NCBI GenBank assembly: GCA_002269645.1
Contig: NIVC01002435.1
Span: 86,492 to 150,491, forward strand
Direction: 5' to 3'
From: Macrostomum lignano
Lineage: Eukaryota
Length of the DNA: 64,000 nt
Shown: positions 10,871 through 22,479 of the stretch, in pieces
Position numbering within the stretch: position 1 is the first letter of the stretch
Layout of the letters: the number at the start of each line of letters is the position of its first letter
The notes under the pieces: model-generated
Databases searched by the model: none
The model's input: the letters and a program-made list of their open reading frames with translations, nothing else
What the model was told of the DNA's origin: nothing
Program-made: the position numbers and the translations under genes

Positions 10871-13639
10871 TCACGGCGGCATGGGACGGCACGCCCGCCG
10901 AAGCAGCGCCGCGGAGAACTCGACGAACTCGCACAGTGTGACGATGCTGATGCCGAGCCAGAGGCCGCTGAGTCCGCCCAGCTGAGACATCAGACTGCTC
11001 AGCGGTAAGCTGGTCTTCTCCTCAGTGAACTGGATGTCCAGACTGCGGGGAAACACGCGCAGCTCAAGGAAGTTTCTCTCCATGAAGCTGTACAGTTGGG
11101 AGTGCAGCCGGGCTGAGCAGGCGCTTCTGTTGCAGGCCCGAAGCTGTCCGAACAGTTCCGCAAAATCCTCGCCCAGCGGCCTGATGAGGGAGCTCAGCCG
11201 ACCCAGACTCTCCAGCGGTTCAAAGTACTCGCGCGAGATCGTGTCCAGCAGCATCTCCTTGATGCGGTCGAGCATCTCGGCCTGCGGCCACATCGCTTGC
11301 GAGATCGCCGTCACATAGTTCTCGTAGTTGCAGGGGTTCGGGCAGGCCGCCAGCACGTCCAACGGGGACCCCTCCTGGCGGGCTTGCTGGAAGCAGTCGA
11401 TTACCCGCGTAACCGGCGCCGCAACGCTGTCCAGCACCCGCAGGGCCTCCGCGGCGGCCCGTCCGTCGTGGTGATCGTGCGGCTTCCGGCGCAGCTGCAT
11501 GACGAAGTCCAGCTGGTGCCGGGTGATGTTGAAGCTCGAGTGGCAGTTGGGTCTCCGCGGCCAGTCGAAGCCGTTCCGCCAGTGATCGTCGACGTGCACG
11601 GAGCAGTTGCAGATCTCCTCGGTGCGGCGCAGGATCTGGTGGTAGAGGCAGTCCTCGGTGCGGTAGTTGTACTCGTCTAGATGTCCAGTGGCGTGGTTGA
11701 AGTGCGGGATCTTGTCACCGTCAGAGCACGGAGCCACCGGCGTGTTGATTAGTGAGCTCCTGTGGGTGGGAAGCTTCCGTTGCTTGACTTTGACTAAATG
11801 AGACTCCAACCCTCCCTTGGACTGGCTGAGCTCATTACCACTCCAGAACAAGCTGCCCTTCCTTGTTGGACTCGCTGAGCTCGAGTCCGAGGCTACACTC
11901 TCAACCGAACAATCTTAAGTCGTTTAAGCTGACAAAGCGGATATCACCTTCAGAGTTATGAGCATGAGCACATGCACAGTTCCAAACCCCTTGTCGCTAT
12001 TTATCACTCTCGCGCCTGCTATCTCCTGTTTTCCTGGAGAAAAGGAGATGGGAAGCGGATGTTTTCGCCTTCGCGCCAAGGTTTATTAGCCTGTTTTATC
12101 TGTCCAGACCGGGACAGCAGCTGCTCCGGCAGATAAGGTTCGGTTGGAGGAGAAAGAGGCGGGGATGCGCTTCCAGGCTCCGCTCTGAGCTGCATCGCTA
12201 CTCTCAGTTTTCTCTGCTGTGTCTGCTATTTTATTTGGGCCGTTTTTTCTAACACAACCTGATCTCGTCCGTGCTATTAAGGCATGAATAATTGATGAAC
12301 TGCTCCGGCCCAGAGGGAAAAGAAGCAGGATTCAATAGCCGAAATTGCTTCTCGGGGCTCGGGGGAGGGGACAGAATGCTCTCGGGGCTCAGGTGCCCAT
12401 TGAGATGTCACGCATTTTGGGGCGAAACTGGCCGTAATTATTATTAATTTAGACAATTCGAAGATTAATAATCATTCGTCCGCCTGCAGTCAATCGCAGT
12501 CAATCGCATCAATCGATGAGTGACTACTACAGATAATGAAAATAACAGCATGACACAATAACAGCACACCTAAAGTGCCACAGGTTGATCTCGGTCAGCA
12601 TGCCCTTGGGCAGCACCCAGCCGCCTTCGCTCGGGTGCGGAATGGTGCCCTGCTGCTGCAGCGACACCCGCAACCCCAGCGGCAGCAGGGCCTCCTCGTA
12701 CTTCTCCCCGAAGCCGGAGAAGGACTCAACAAAACGACGCTGCGGCACGTTCAGCACCAGCGTCAGGCCGTTGTCGGTGCCGGCGGCGCTCATCTTCCGC
12801 GTCGGCGGCTGGAAGGCAAAGCAGTTCATGAAGTCGTGGTGGTAGTACACGGAAAAGTTCAGGAAATTGCACGGCTGCTTCTGGTAGCGACAGAAGATGA
12901 TGTAGTCCTCCGGGCGCAGGGCGCTGCTCGGCAGGTCGATGAAGTGGCTGAGGAAGAAGCGCGACTTGTCGGTGTGCTGCAGCTCGCCCCAAAACATCTG
13001 CGGCAGGATGGCGACGCCGTCGGAGCTTTGCAGCAGGTCGTGGTGGCCGGTGCCGTTGAAGGCGCGCAGTATCAGATCCGGCCGGATGGGCCCGATCGGG
13101 TCGCAGATGATCACGTCCGGGAAACTGAAGGCCCCCATCAGAAAGCTGGTCTGCACGTTAACCGGGTAGCTGAAATAGTAGTGAATTTCGTTGGCCAGGT
13201 GGGTGACCCAGCCCATGGTCACCAGGGCCAGGACGCTCGCCCACAACAAGCGTCGCAAGCAGCTGTCGGCCGCGGCCAGCTGCCGGATGCCGTGCGCCGT
13301 GGTGTCGTTGGCGAAGGAGCGAAACAGTGTCTGGAAGCTGGCCGCCCGCTGCATGCTGGACCAGCTGTAGGGCCCACTGCCTGGGCGCCGCTTCCGTAAG
13401 CGAACTGCTGGCCGGAGGCGCCGCACGAGGCGTCCGTCACCGTTGGCCGGTGAAAAGCCGCTGCCGGGCCGCCCGGCCTCCGAAGCCGCCACAGGCATCT
13501 CCGCATCTTCCTGGGTCGGCGACACCGTTAAATCATCGCGACACGAGCGTGGGTCCGGGATGGACGAGCATTCAAAGCTGACGGTGCGGCTGACGTTGCC
13601 TGGCAGCACGGGGATCAGGGAGCTGGATCGGCCGGACAT
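10871..13639 (-). CDS. DEG/ENaC family sodium channel subunit (FaNaC-like architecture), 652 aa; exons 13639-12570 and 11759-10871
   Basis: Pre-TM1 TTAHG motif; TM1 RRLLWASVL; YFSYPV; FPDVIICD; NCFAF; GLTLVL; Cys-rich thumb; TM2 SQLGGLSGLWLGISIVTLCEF. A phase-2 GT-AG intron 12569-11760 joins WHFR to SSLINTP in frame. Confidence 0.95.
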
Positions 13640-14319
13640 CACTCAAGGGGATAATTTTGTCGATTGGAATTAACTGAGTTTAACAAATATGAGCTCGTGG
13701 CATGGACTCAGCTTTTGGATGGGACACTTTTATTCTACCAAAATCTTCCCACCATTTCCCTCATTGGCTGCCGAATCCAGCGCAGCCTCAGCCTATTCTT
13801 CATTACTTCCTGATGAAGGGGAAAATTCTGTCTGTCAGATTTTCAATAGGCAGCCACCTCTGCCTGAGCAGCACTGCAGTCCTCCTTTTAATTCGGGGAA
13901 AACTACTAGTCCGTACCTTAAGCCTGGCCGAGAGGTCTTACTTTAAAAACCGATTGAGATATTTCTCAGTATTTTATCAACCTAGTACGCTCATAATGCC
14001 TGGGCATGTCTGTTGCGAAGGTTCCAGCTCTGAACAGACTTGACTAATGGTTGGTTGGTGTTTCAGCTTTCCGCCTCTCTTGCATCGGCAAATCAGCTAA
14101 TATCCAATGAAGTTCAGCCTTTGGCTGCGTGCGTGCCCTAGGTCTATGCGAGGTCTCCCTGACTTCGGCTCTCCCACGCTTTCATATTTGTGTCAGCAGA
14201 AGGACCTAAAGCAGAATTTAAACAGTGATTTAACCTGGAAGCTCGGATTCTGTGCATCGCTGCTTCAGCTTATTGGATTATCCTCAACTTCTCTACTCAG
14301 CCAAGCTCAGCGGTCGATC

Positions 14320-16756
14320 ATGCTGCTCACTGAGTTTCTGGATCGCCTTGGAAAGCTGGACGCCCTGGGCCACGTCGGCTTGGACGACTTTGCTGACCGG
14401 ATCAACTTTCTGTTTACAGGTAGTGACTGACATGCTGTGCAAGGTGTGGTTAGTACGCAAATGAATAGGCTTGCGTTGCAACAGCCGCCTTGAGCGATCG
14501 TGTCATATTGCACCCGTGTCCTATAGTCTCAACCCTACATGCAGCTTCAATCTTCAATTGGAGCTTCCACCCGATGCCCCAATTTCAGTGCTGCTGCTGA
14601 TAGTGTTCAGCAGCATCACCACGCTGAAGACTTACTTCCTCAACCCCATCACCTGCTACGTGCCCAACATTCTGGGCTCGCACGAAGGCCAGACAGCCTA
14701 CATAACCAGCATGTGTTACACCGACGGTCTTTACAATGTGCCCCTGGACGAATTTGAGATCAAGAACCACTTGGAGACCTGGTCGGATCGGTACCGGGAC
14801 CGGAAGATCTACTACTACCAGTGGCTGCCGTTCGTCCTTGCGGCTCAGGGCGTGGCATTCTACGCACCGAGTCTGTTCTGGCGGCTGTTTGTGCAGTCCA
14901 GGGCCAGCTGCGATTTGTGGCAGCTGGCGCGCGCTACCGCCGAGGCGCAGCGATCCGACGGGGAAAAGCGCGAGAAGACGCTGCGGCAGGTGGCCAGGCA
15001 GCTGGAGCTCTGGCTGCGCAGTACGCGGCCTTTGGCGGGCTCCTGGTCAGACAAGCTGCATCGGGGTCTGCGGGGAAGGTGAGACCCTGTGGAGCGTTCA
15101 GGGATGCTTTGCGGAGTATTCGGGGATGCTTTGTGGAGTGTTCAGGGATGCTTTGTGGAGTGTTCAGGGATGTTTTGTGGAGTGTTCAGGGATGCTGTGT
15201 GGAGTGTTCAGGGATGTTTTGTGGAGTGTTCAGGGATGCTTTGTGGAGTGTTCAGGGATGTTTTGTGGAGTGTTCAGGGATGCTTTGTGGAGTGTTCAGG
15301 GATGTTTTGTGGAGTGTTCAGGGATGCTTTGTGGAGTGTTCAGGGATGTTTTGCTGGGTGTTCAGGGATGCTTTGTGGAGTGTTCAGGGATGTTTTGCTG
15401 GGTGTTCAGGATGTTTTGTGGAGTGTTCAGGGATGTTTTGCTGGGTGTTCAGGGATGCTTTGTGGAGTGCTCAGAGATGCTTTGTGGAGTGCTCAGAGCT
15501 TCTTCGTATAGTGCTCATTATATCGTCAATAAATATTAAGTTTTTTTTAAATTCCGTTATTCCATTCATCCCATTCTCAAATTCGATGGCCTCCTTCAGC
15601 CTGGCCCTCAGCCTACCATCAAAGCGCCTCGGCACTCGACTTGTCTGGGCGTACATCGCTGTCAAGTTGATGTACATCGGAAATCTGGTCGGCCAGCTGC
15701 TAGTGATGGCTTACCTAGTTCGCCCGGACACCTCAGTATCGTTGCTGAGCTCGGTTCTCGGCTTCAGCTCCGATCTGGTCGGACACTTGGCGACTGGCGC
15801 CGACTGGAGGCGAACCGGTCTGTTCCCGAGATCCGGCTGCTGCGCTGTGGCGCTCAAGGGGCGGCTGGGAAGACTCAGGTAGACGCCTTGCTCCATGATC
15901 AGTTAATGATTTGTGGATTAGAGTAGAAACCTCTTATGTAAACTGGTTCTAACATGGCTGTGTACAGTGGTGCTATCAATAGCTCTATCTACAATCGGTA
16001 AAAACTTGTGCTTCAAAGGGCTTCATAAATGCCATGTACATCGGTGCTATCGATTACAGAAAAATCAAAGTGCGAATGCGCTACATGTATGCCTCCCTCC
16101 CGTGTCAGATGAGCCTGGCCCAGTGCGCTCTGCCGGTGAACATGATCCACGAGAAACTCTTCGCATTCCTGTGGCTCTGGTTCATTGTCGCGCTCTTCGC
16201 CACTTTGCTCAGCCTCTGTCTGTGGTGCACCCGTTTGGCGCCGGCGCGCGGCCGAAGGCGCCAACTCACGCGCTGCCTCAGGCTGGCCGGAACCATCGTC
16301 GGCCAATCGGAAGAGGACGGCGCCCATCTGAAGCTCGCCAGGGTTCTCGATGGCTTCCTTGACGACTTTGTGAGGCCAGACGGCTGTCTGGTGCTCAGAC
16401 TGCTTGAGCTGAGCAGCGGCGACACCGCGGTGGCAGAGATCTGCGCCGGCCTCTTCCGCGCTTACGCCCGCGCCGCTGACGGAGCTCACAGCGACACCAT
16501 CGTCCTCACCACGGCGCCCGATGAAGCCGCTGTACCGTCGGCGCCGCCGCTCGCTGGCCAGCAGCACCGCTTGCGACGCCGCAGCTGCAGCGGGAGCGGC
16601 CAGCAGCCGCACTGCCATCATCACCACGGCGGCGGTCTGCATCAACGGGACAGCTTCCTGCGCCAGCAGCAGCAGCAGCTGCTGAGCCCGGTCGAGTCCT
16701 CCACGGAGGCTGAGGCGGCCAGGAAGAAGTTGCCGGAGGCCAACACGTATTTGTGA
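14320..16756 (+). CDS. Innexin (gap junction/hemichannel); exons 14320-14419, 14589-15078, ~15600-15878, 16109(or 16114)-16756
   Basis: DDFADRIN; NPITCYVP...MCY; signature YYQWLPFVL...FYAP; TM3 YIAVKLMY; FPR...C; QCALPVNMIHEKLFAFLWLW. The last junction needs either a 1-bp G insertion or the GAG acceptor at 16113. Confidence 0.95.
15090..15495. repeat. 22-bp minisatellite TGTGGAGTGTTCAGGGATGCTT in innexin intron 2
   Basis: Direct tandem copies. Confidence 0.95.
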
Positions 16757-17689
16757 GAGGAGCGGGCATCGGAGTCGGTGACAAACTTGTTAAAAACTCA
16801 ATAATTATTCAGCTTAAACTATTCAGTATTCAGTAGTGCTATGGTAGAAGATCAATTGTGTTATTTTTCTGCTAAGACTTAAGAAGAGAGTCTGCAAATT
16901 GTTTCAACGAGAGTGTAATATTTTGGCGGCTTGGGTATCCTTTGAGTCGCCACCTTTGAGAGTGCCCAGTAAATTCTAGCTCATGCAGTGTTGACTTTTG
17001 AGTGACGCAACTGGATGAGGAGGGATTGGGAAGAGCGGAGGACGAAGATTGGATGGATTGAAGCTTCCGCCCGGATTTCATTGTTTTTTCAAGCATTTTT
17101 TAATATCAAAATGGTTGGCCAGGTGATGGTCGCTGGTCGAAAGACACTGCTCACTGGGCGGCGACTTTTCAATGTTGCTGAGCATACATTTATCAGAGTT
17201 TTTTATAAACGTTTGAATTCTCCCAACGCAGTAAAAATATGGGTGCATTCCATTGCTCCACAATTACTTGGCAAACAGCACAGCATACACTGTTGCGACA
17301 AGCTTTCCTTCAGCCAGCTCAAATTGCAGAGGCCGATTGCCTGGCTTAAGGCGGGCCAGGACAATTAACCGATCAGGTTTCGCGGGAACAGGAGATCACC
17401 AAGCACTGAAGCGTGGATGTCAGCTCGCAGAGTTTGCTAGTACTCGACTGAAACAGCGATTCGCGCTTTAAAAGTTCGCGTTTCTTGCGCCCGCTGTTAT
17501 CAGAAGCAGGCGCAGCATCTTTTGCGCACAGCGCAGTCTCGATTTGAGAAAGAAAACTTTGTCTAGGAATTTAGCTACTGCTGCATCTTTTAACAGCACA
17601 GCATCTTTTTTAGGCTAGTCGCAAAAAAGAATAGTTTAACTTTCTACAGACTTTCACAACTGCTTTGGCGCGCAAGTACTTTTACCAAA

Positions 17690-18522
17690 CCGCATCTATC
17701 AAGGAAACACCCTGATCTAGCAAGGAGACACCCTGATCTATCAAGGAAACACCCTGATCTATTAAGGAAACACTCTGAGCTATCAAGGAAACACCCTGAG
17801 CTATCAAGGAAACACCCTGATCTATCAAGGAAACACCCTGATCTATCAAGGAAACACCCTGATCTATCAAGGAGACACCCTGATCTATCAAGGAGACACC
17901 CTGATCTATCAAGGAAACACCCTGATCTATCAAGGAGACACCCTGATCTATCAAGGAAACACCCTGATCTAGCAAGGAGACACCCTGATCTATCAAGGAA
18001 ACACCCTGATCTATTAAGGAAACACTCTGAGCTATCAAGGAAACACCCTGAGCTATCAAGGAAACACCCTGATCTATCAAGGAAACACCCTGATCTATCA
18101 AGGAGACACCCTGATCTATCAAGGAAACACCCTGATCTATCAAGGAAACACCCTGATCTATTAAGGAAACACTCTGAGCTATCAAGGAAACACCCTGAGC
18201 TATCAAGGAAACACCCTGATCTATCAAGGAAACACCCTGATCTATCAAGGAAACACCCTGATCTATTAAGGAAACACTCTGAGCTATCAAGGAAACACCC
18301 TGAGCTATCAAGGAAACACCCTGATCTATCAAGGAAACACCCTGATCTATCAAGGAGACACCCTGATCTATCAAGGAAACACCCTGATCTATCAAGGAAA
18401 CACCCTGAGCTAGCAAGGAAACACTCTGAGCTATCAAGGAAACACCCTGATCTATCAAGGAAACACCCTGAGCTATCAAGGAAACACCCTGATCTATCAA
18501 GGAAACACTCTGATCTATTAAG
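17690..18522. repeat. 21-bp minisatellite TATCAAGGAAACACCCTGATC, about 39 copies
   Basis: Direct tandem copies; explains the spurious SLIDQGV ORF. Confidence 0.96.
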
Positions 18523-19078
18523 GAAAAATCAATTATGTTGAAAGTAAATAGGAAGCAAAATGCCATTAAATATTTTCTGATTGCATGACCTTAATAGAGA
18601 AAATTGTGTAGTCAATCAGTTTAGCAGAGATTCAAAATGTGATGATAAGTATTAAATAGATGCATTTGCAGATTCAGGGGCAAAAGACATCAAACAGAAT
18701 CAAACAATACAACATGCAGCAAAGCGGATGCCACTATGAGCATTCAGATACAACTTGCTAATTTAATAACAGCTAAAAAAATGATACACAAGGGACCTAA
18801 TTAAAGCAAACAATTTGAAAATTTTAGGCTCACCAAAATTTTCGACTTTTATATGCTACGAATGCTACTTGCGTGTACTAAGTAGACTAATGCGCGCATT
18901 ATCAGTGCGCTAAATAAAATGCTCCAAAACAACGCGTTAAAAATGGTGTTTGAACAAAAGGCCTGTTCAGCTGTAACAGCTCAATTTCTTGAGATTTGCG
19001 GAACAGAGATTAGAACTATTACAGAAAACCCACTAAATAAAAAGGAAATACAATGTGCAACCTTTTTGTGCTTATCGC

Positions 19079-19775
19079 TCCCTCAGATCCTTCAGTGGGT
19101 CACCGCAGCTCCTGCCCTCAGATCCTTCAGCGGGTCACCGCCGCTCCCCCCTCAGATCCTTCAGCGGGTCACCGCCGCTCCCCCCCTCAGATCCTTCAGC
19201 GGGTCACCGCCGCTCCCCCCCTCAGATCCTTCAGCGGGTCAGGCTGCTCCCCCCCTCAGATCCTTCAGCGGGTCACCGCCGCTCCCCCCCTCAGATCCTT
19301 CAGCGGGTCACCGCCGCTCCCCCCCTCAGATCCTTCAGCGGGTCACCGCTGCTCCCCCCTCAGATCCTTCAGCGGGTCACCGCCGCTCCCCCCCTCAGAT
19401 CCTTCAGCGGGTCACCGCTGCTCCCCCCCCCCTCAGATCCTTCAGCGGGTCACCGCTGCTCCCCCCCCCCTCAGATCCTTCAGCGGGTCACCGCCGCTCC
19501 CCCCTCAGATCCTTCAGCGGGTCACCGCCGCTCCCCCCTCAGATCCTTCAGCGGGTCACCGCCGCTCCCCCCTCAGATCCTTCAGCGGGTCACCGCCGCT
19601 CCCCCCCTCAGATCCTTCAGCGAGTCACCGCTGCTCCCCCCCCTCAGATCCTTCAGCGGGTCACCGCTGCTCCCCCCCCCCTCAGATCCTTCAGCGGGTC
19701 ACCGCCGCTCCTCCCCTCATATCCTTCAAGGGAGTCACCGCAACTCCTGCCCCCAGATCCTTCAGGGAGTCACCG
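19079..19775. repeat. ~31-bp minisatellite CCCTCAGATCCTTCAGCGGGTCACCGCCGCTCC with a variable C-run
   Basis: Direct tandem copies. Confidence 0.95.
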
Positions 19776-19946
19776 CAACTCTTCTAATAACTAATTGATC
19801 AGAAAACTTGTATAGGTAAACTATTAAAATTCATTGATTTTATGATACCATAATTCGATAATGAAAACTGTATCAATGGAATATTTTATAACAAAGTCAA
19901 CAACTGTTATAAAGCACAGTCTCTGGATTATTGGACGAGCCATTTG

Positions 19947-20375
19947 TCACTCCAAGGTTGACAGCATCATCAGCTGGCGCAGCACTTTGGTCTGGCTGGT
20001 CTCTCGGATCTCTCCAGCCAGAAACATCTCGTCTACCACGGTGTACACCTTGTAGAAGTTGAACACCAAGTCCAGTTCGCAAACGTTGTGAAAGTATTCG
20101 TTGAGCACTTCAACAAAGTTGTGTATGGCCTCCAGGTACATGAGGTTGTTGTCGCCGATGTCAACGCAGATGCAGAAGTAGAGACCGGCGTAGCGCCTGT
20201 AGATGATTTTGTAATTTCGGAATTCAACAAAGTTGGTGTGCTTGGCGTCGCGGACTGTGACGGTGGCGTGCACCTCCTCTATGAGCTTCTGCTTCTCCTC
20301 ATCCTCGAAGTGCATGTACCACTTGGCCAGGCGGGTCTTGCCAGCCCGGTTCTGGATAAGGATGAAGCGGATCAT
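19947..20375 (-). CDS. AP2S1: AP-2 complex subunit sigma, 142 aa, no intron in the CDS
   Basis: [20 protein letters not shown]...[13 protein letters not shown]...[35 protein letters not shown] is nearly identical to metazoan AP2S1. Confidence 0.98.
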   Translation of the reverse strand: MIRFILIQNRAGKTRLAKWYMHFEDEEKQKLIEEVHATVTVRDAKHTNFVEFRNYKIIYRRYAGLYFCICVDIGDNNLMYLEAIHNFVEVLNEYFHNVCELDLVFNFYKVYTVVDEMFLAGEIRETSQTKVLRQLMMLSTLE

Positions 20376-22200
20376 GGCGGCTGGCTGGGCATGAGAGAAA
20401 CATTGCACATATTATGCACACAATGTACATGATAAAAGGATAATTTGGTCAATTTAATTCAAATTTAAATGAAACCTTTGAGGTTGATCTAGGAATTATT
20501 GGTAGTTTTTTGTCAACTGGTCACTAATCTTTACCTATATTATATCACACATATGGTATTATACCTAATTAAGAACTTTTACTAAGAGCTCTACCACTAC
20601 TGCTACTAGTCTACTACTATAGCTTTTGTCTATGGTAGCAAGGCTGGCATAGCAGCATTCAATTTGGTTCATAGCTATATTTGCAACTGCTATGGAGGAG
20701 CAAGAGCAGTCCCAGAATTATGGACCAAATGCTAGGGCAGCTAGGCTATTGAACAAATGCCATTGGCTTGTGATTGAAGCACTCAACAGAGGCAAACACC
20801 CAATAGACATAGCAAAGCTGCTGAATATAAGAAAAGATGGTTTATAATATTCATCAGTGCATTGAAACTCTGCCAACAGAGATTGCCTACAAAAGGATGG
20901 CAATCCTCAAAGGCAAGTTGCTTGAGAGCCTCAATTCCAACTGCTAATCAATGCAATTAAGATGAACCCTTTGTTGATATTATAGAAAATGTAGCAGAAG
21001 TTGAAGGAGTAGTTCCAGTAGGTTATCAGATTTTGATGAGCAGAGCTCTAGAAAGTGACAGAAATTATTATTAGAGATGCTGACATTCTAATGGTATATA
21101 GCAACCTACAGACAGTTGTGAGTAGGCAAGAGCTTCTCTAATGGCTCACAAGCATTTGGACTAAGTTGATGCTTGTTGAACCAAATTATATGCTATTGTA
21201 CTAGCCTTGCTACTATAGACAAAAGCTCTGTTACATTGGCAAACATATCTTAGATTAAATTCAATGCTTTTCTTGCTTGCTTTTCTTAGGTTAAATTAAG
21301 TCCAAATGGGCTGCAAAAATGATATAAATTTAATATTTTCTAAATAAATAATAATAATATATAATATACATATTAAACAGACTAACATAATACCATTTAT
21401 ATGAATATATATTTATTTTATTTCTTATTTAATTAAGCCTAGCCAAAAGAATCAAGCTTATTTAATTAAGTACAAATATAAGCTGTCTAAAAATAATAAA
21501 TAAAGTTATTATTAATAATAAAATGGCATAGTTTTTAGTGTAGGCCTATTTAAGATAGGGAAAAAAAAGCCATTTTTTTAATGAAAAATTTCATAACTTT
21601 TTTATTACTTGATTAATTTTCAAAAGTTTGGTGTCATTTCACTCATAACATCTAGGGCTATAACATAGCATGGTTAAAAATACAATTTTGAAAAAATTTT
21701 TTACTGGACACTAGTGTTCTACCATAAGGAGGGTCCATGTACCGTAGCCGTAGCCATAAGCAAAACTATGGCTTATTCCAGTTCTCTGTATTCTGTAGCC
21801 GTAGGGACCCCAAAATTACCATATTCCCGTAGTTACCATAGCCTTAGCCATAGTTTTAACAAAAAGTCTAAAAAAACAAAATATTTTGAATCAAGAAAAT
21901 AACCTAGTGCTTAAACAACTGCAAATTAAATTAGAAAAAAAGAAACACTTAATTGTCTTTCTAAGATTACATTTCGTCTTTTTTCAAAGCAACAATACTT
22001 AGTTGTTATTGAAAGTACTAACACTAAACTTTTTCTCATTAATAAAAATTAGAGTTTGCTAGTGTTTTATTATACTTTTTTAGGTATATTTTATAAGTTT
22101 CTAGGTTGATAATACAGTTTACTAAATTTATCTTTGTTTTACTCTACCTGTTTCTAATATTTTTTCAATTTTTACATTAATAACTATGGCTACAGGAATC

Positions 22201-22479
22201 CCTGATTGCAGCGCATGGGCATTTTGGCGGACGGCGTCCGGCGCGGATCTAATACGGCGCGGCGCGGCGCGTACGGCGCGCGGCGATTAGTACGGCGCGG
22301 CGCGGTACTAATTAGATGCCGAGGCATTTAGGCTTGATAAGACAGTCATAGTTACTCCTGCCGTTTACCCAAAACTGCGTTAATTTTGCTTTAGGGTTTC
22401 TTTCACAGGTAAGTCATTTCACAGCGTGGCGCAGGTTGTGTAGGCGTCTGGCGTACTTAAGCCATGCGCTGCAATAGGG
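22201..22479. mobile_element. 279-bp MITE with 18-bp TIRs and a perfect 8-bp TSD, carrying a 28S rRNA-like segment
   Basis: Left end CCTGATTGCAGCGCATGG; reverse complement of the right end CCCTATTGCAGCGCATGG; CAGGAATC at 22193-22200 and 22480-22487. Confidence 0.85.
22300..22370 (-). other. 71-nt fragment homologous to 28S rRNA helix 69-71 (R2 / I-PpoI target region); not an rRNA gene
   Basis: Minus strand GGGTAAACGGCAGGAGTAACTATGACTGTCTTA-TCAAGCCT-AAATGCCTCGGCATCTAATTAGTACCGCGC versus the recalled conserved 28S GGGTAAACGGCGGGAGTAACTATGACTCTCTTA-AGGTAGCC-AAATGCCTCGTCATCTAATTAGTGACGCGC: 31/33, 1/8, 27/30. Confidence 0.88.

Noticed and set aside
12023-12051. Hairpin ATCTCC...GGAGAT in the channel intron (pre-miRNA or Helitron end)
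   Set aside because: The stem is short and imperfect with no supporting context.
7423-16645. Long antisense ORFs overlapping PLPP, the channel and innexin (for example 7423-8043, 12575-13399, 16013-16645)
   Set aside because: They are shadow ORFs expected from GC3-rich codon usage on the opposite strand.
22300-22370. A true rRNA gene, or a C/D snoRNA guide for helix 69
   Set aside because: Only 71 nt are homologous, the H69 stem has two non-compensated mismatches, and no box C/D motifs frame the antisense stretch.
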